Positions 55,304 to 57,680 of a stretch of DNA of 57,680 nt are shown one piece after another; position 1 is the stretch's first letter; each line of letters starts with the position of its first letter. The stretch covers positions 1 through 57,680 of IMG/VR virus record IMGVR_UViG_3300044859_001932; one strand, 5' to 3'. A program made the translations under genes and the position numbers. This DNA comes from a virus (taxonomy: Duplodnaviria; Caudoviricetes). The notes beneath the pieces were generated by a model. That model made no database searches and was not told where the DNA came from. It saw only the letters and a list, made by a program, of their open reading frames with translations.

Positions 55304-56974
55304 TTAAAATAAAGCGTTTATTAAGAATAAATTTGGGCTTATCGTGTTATAGCCCATAACCTCGATGAATCTATTAATAGGGTCCAAAATTGTTTTGGTA
55401 AATTGCATGTCATGGTCTATTGGTGGTGCGTATTCATAAGGATAAGTTCCCTGTGCATAAGCAAAAACGTTATTGTCCATAATGGACTTAGTCTTAACAA
55501 AATAATAGTTTATTTTCTCTCCGCTTCTAATTAAAGGGTATTTATCCTTATATTTTGATCTGTTTAGCAAAAGATTATGATAAGCTGCTGCTCTAACTTG
55601 AATAGGACATCCTTTTGTTACTTCTAAGGCACTTACATCGTTAAGGATATACTTTTCATAGTTATTAATTGCTATTGCAGCAGAGATGTTCCTAGGCTCC
55701 TGTATTTTAAAGTCTCTCTTAATATCCTTAAGCTCTCTTACAAATTCTCTTATATCGAATGCACGTCCTTTAGCAAAGATGAATTTTGTCAGATAAATTA
55801 GTTTCTCCCTAACAAAAGGCGGTGTTCCCCCTTTAATCATTTCTACGCCTACAGTCTTTATTTGTGAAAGCGGCTCCATGTGGATACCGTCAGAATAAAC
55901 TAGGTTGGTAACATACTTCTTCTTACCTAAGAATATACCATTTATTGCAAGATTCTCCATCTCGAAGTCCTGGTAGTTTTGGGTATCCCATTTTTTGGAG
56001 TATTTCTCGAAACATGTCTTAAGATATTCTGCTAGCCTATGTTCGTTTATCTGTAGGATAAGATCTTTAGGATCACCTTTCCAATCACAAGAATCTACTA
56101 CTTCTTGGAAGGTCACATAATTAGAATTATGCACCAATATGTCATTAGCAAAAAAAGTTTGATTATCATAACCCTCCTCATCTATTTCTAGATCGTATAC
56201 ATACTCGTCCTCAAATTCACCAATTTGTTCGCATGATACTATTTTTGAAAATCTGGTTGTTGCTTTTATTTCTTTATCGACAGAAACCTCTAAAACTAGA
56301 TCGGTATCAATATTAATTTCGCTTGCCTTTATGTGGATCTTAATCCCGTCTCTAAATACAGTAAGAGAATGGTCATTAGTTACTATTACTTCCTTACCCG
56401 TTCCAGTAACAAGTTTCCATTTTGGTTTTTTAACTTTATGCCTTATTATTTTTTTGATCGGTGAAAATGTTAATGCAGAATCAACATAATTAAGTGAATC
56501 TATACCATCAGGCTCTATTATTTCATTACCTCTATTATCAGTATGGTATCCGCAGGATCCGCTAAATGTTGAAAATAACTCATCAAATCTAATTTTTGAA
56601 TGATTTTCGCCATATTTAATACAAACAAGGGAGTCACCTAGCAGGCTGTCAGTGTCACCATAGATTACGAGAGGTTTGGCAACTCTTTTAACAGTAGTTA
56701 ATCCTAGCTTTTCGTGGAGATCCTTGTCAACATGCCAATACTCATGGAAGTATTTATGTAGAGCTTTTTCTGAATATTTAATCAGATCTTGACCCTGTAA
56801 TGTAACAGCCTCTGCAACTTCGGGATTAAAGCAAACAAACCATTGGTTTCCTAGGGCCCCGTAGATGGAGTTCATAGTTAATTTTATAGCCTGTTCCTCG
56901 TTCTTTAACTCGTTCTTTAGAGAAGTGAGTTTTTCTATTCTTTCTTCTATTTCATCAATTTCTTCCTTATTCAT
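55304..56974 (-). CDS. family B DNA polymerase, C-terminal subunit of a split gene, intein-containing
   Basis: Starts just before motif B KLTMNSIYG; YGDTD|S; KKKY; no exonuclease domain or motif A. Confidence 0.93.
   Translation of the reverse strand: MNKEEIDEIEERIEKLTSLKNELKNEEQAIKLTMNSIYGALGNQWFVCFNPEVAEAVTLQGQDLIKYSEKALHKYFHEYWHVDKDLHEKLGLTTVKRVAKPLVIYGDTDSLLGDSLVCIKYGENHSKIRFDELFSTFSGSCGYHTDNRGNEIIEPDGIDSLNYVDSALTFSPIKKIIRHKVKKPKWKLVTGTGKEVIVTNDHSLTVFRDGIKIHIKASEINIDTDLVLEVSVDKEIKATTRFSKIVSCEQIGEFEDEYVYDLEIDEEGYDNQTFFANDILVHNSNYVTFQEVVDSCDWKGDPKDLILQINEHRLAEYLKTCFEKYSKKWDTQNYQDFEMENLAINGIFLGKKKYVTNLVYSDGIHMEPLSQIKTVGVEMIKGGTPPFVREKLIYLTKFIFAKGRAFDIREFVRELKDIKRDFKIQEPRNISAAIAINNYEKYILNDVSALEVTKGCPIQVRAAAYHNLLLNRSKYKDKYPLIRSGEKINYYFVKTKSIMDNNVFAYAQGTYPYEYAPPIDHDMQFTKTILDPINRFIEVMGYNTISPNLFLINALF
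56126..56647 (-). mobile_element. 174-aa mini-intein in the PolB YGDTDS motif
   Basis: YGDTD/SLLGDS...VTNDHSL...YVYDLEI...FFANDILVHN/SNY. Confidence 0.93.
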
Positions 56975-57680
56975 TTATCTTAAATTTGTTGGGTCACTCG
57001 TTACTTTAACTATATTTTCAGGATTTCTTGGTGATTTTAGATAAACCCAATTGCTTCCGTCGAATGTATTCCAGTAAATATAATCACTTGGCCCTTGGTT
57101 AGTTTCAATGAAATCATATCCAAAATTTCTTCTGCAGAAATTTAAAAAATTAAATCCTCCTGGATTTTTAACTATTTTCCCGTTCAAATCATTTATAAGC
57201 AATCCGGAGATAGATTGATCGTGTCTGTGCCCAACCTTACCGCAGTTTCCCACATCAACTCCATAAAAATCCCTTATGGGTTCGTCCAATGATGATAAAC
57301 TAGCACACTCATCTATAAGATTCCATTTTAACCACTCTGATACAAAATCTAGGGTTTTCTTGGATTTTTGAAAGACTATCATACCTGAAGCATGCTGTAT
57401 AGAATGGCGATACTTTTGCATATCCATTCTATTCATACAGGACTCTGTGGTAAAGTTCTCGTGTGTATGTGGAGCAACTTCGTTATTAACCATCCAAACA
57501 CTTTCAGTGCTAAGTATACCACCATTTGAGTTGCACAGTTCTTTTATAACATCAAGACTAAACACCGAAGAATCGAATGATAGATTAGTCCAATGCTCGG
57601 GTGAAACGTCATTGTAGATTAAAAAATCTCCATCTCCTATTGACTTTAAAGCTTCCAGAATAGTGAATGGTTTATAGCAT
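56975..57680 (-). CDS. glycosyltransferase-like protein (5' end outside window)
   Basis: Frame open to the window edge: CYKPFTILEAL...GDFLIYND...HRHDQS. Confidence 0.65.
   Translation of the reverse strand, partial: CYKPFTILEALKSIGDGDFLIYNDVSPEHWTNLSFDSSVFSLDVIKELCNSNGGILSTESVWMVNNEVAPHTHENFTTESCMNRMDMQKYRHSIQHASGMIVFQKSKKTLDFVSEWLKWNLIDECASLSSLDEPIRDFYGVDVGNCGKVGHRHDQSISGLLINDLNGKIVKNPGGFNFLNFCRRNFGYDFIETNQGPSDYIYWNTFDGSNWVYLKSPRNPENIVKVTSDPTNLR

Noticed and set aside
56126-56647. Homing endonuclease within the intein
   Set aside because: Only 174 aa with splicing blocks; no LAGLIDADG or HNH motif visible.
1-57680. Alternative genetic code (stop-codon reassignment)
   Set aside because: Conserved genes translate full length in the standard code, and TAA, TAG and TGA all appear as apparent stops.

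Overview
AT-rich, gene-dense, mostly minus-strand segment of a large (jumbo/T4-like) bacteriophage genome. The host is very probably a Bacteroidota species: TAnnTTTG -7 promoters, no obvious Shine-Dalgarno sites, a T9SS sorting-domain protein and a Bacteroidota-style tmRNA. It carries replication and nucleotide genes (RNA ligase, Dda-like helicase, DEDD exonuclease, RNase HII, ThyA plus a second divergent TS-family enzyme, split PolB with a mini-intein), cell-wall enzymes, glycosyltransferases, auxiliary metabolic genes, a tmRNA and homing endonucleases. The outstanding feature is at about 1.0-4.4 kb: a phage-borne integron-like system. It consists of an IntI-related tyrosine recombinase lacking the IntI-specific insertion, an attI-like GTT site, and five gene cassettes bounded by non-canonical attC-like hairpins whose core sites pair across each cassette. 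The cassette ORFs are inverted relative to classical integrons and look like phage genes. Other notable patterns are a T4-like capsid-targeting N-terminal motif coupled to a GATATATA promoter motif, and a gene whose 5' and 3' flanks are complementary. All functional calls come from motif recognition by eye, with no database searches.
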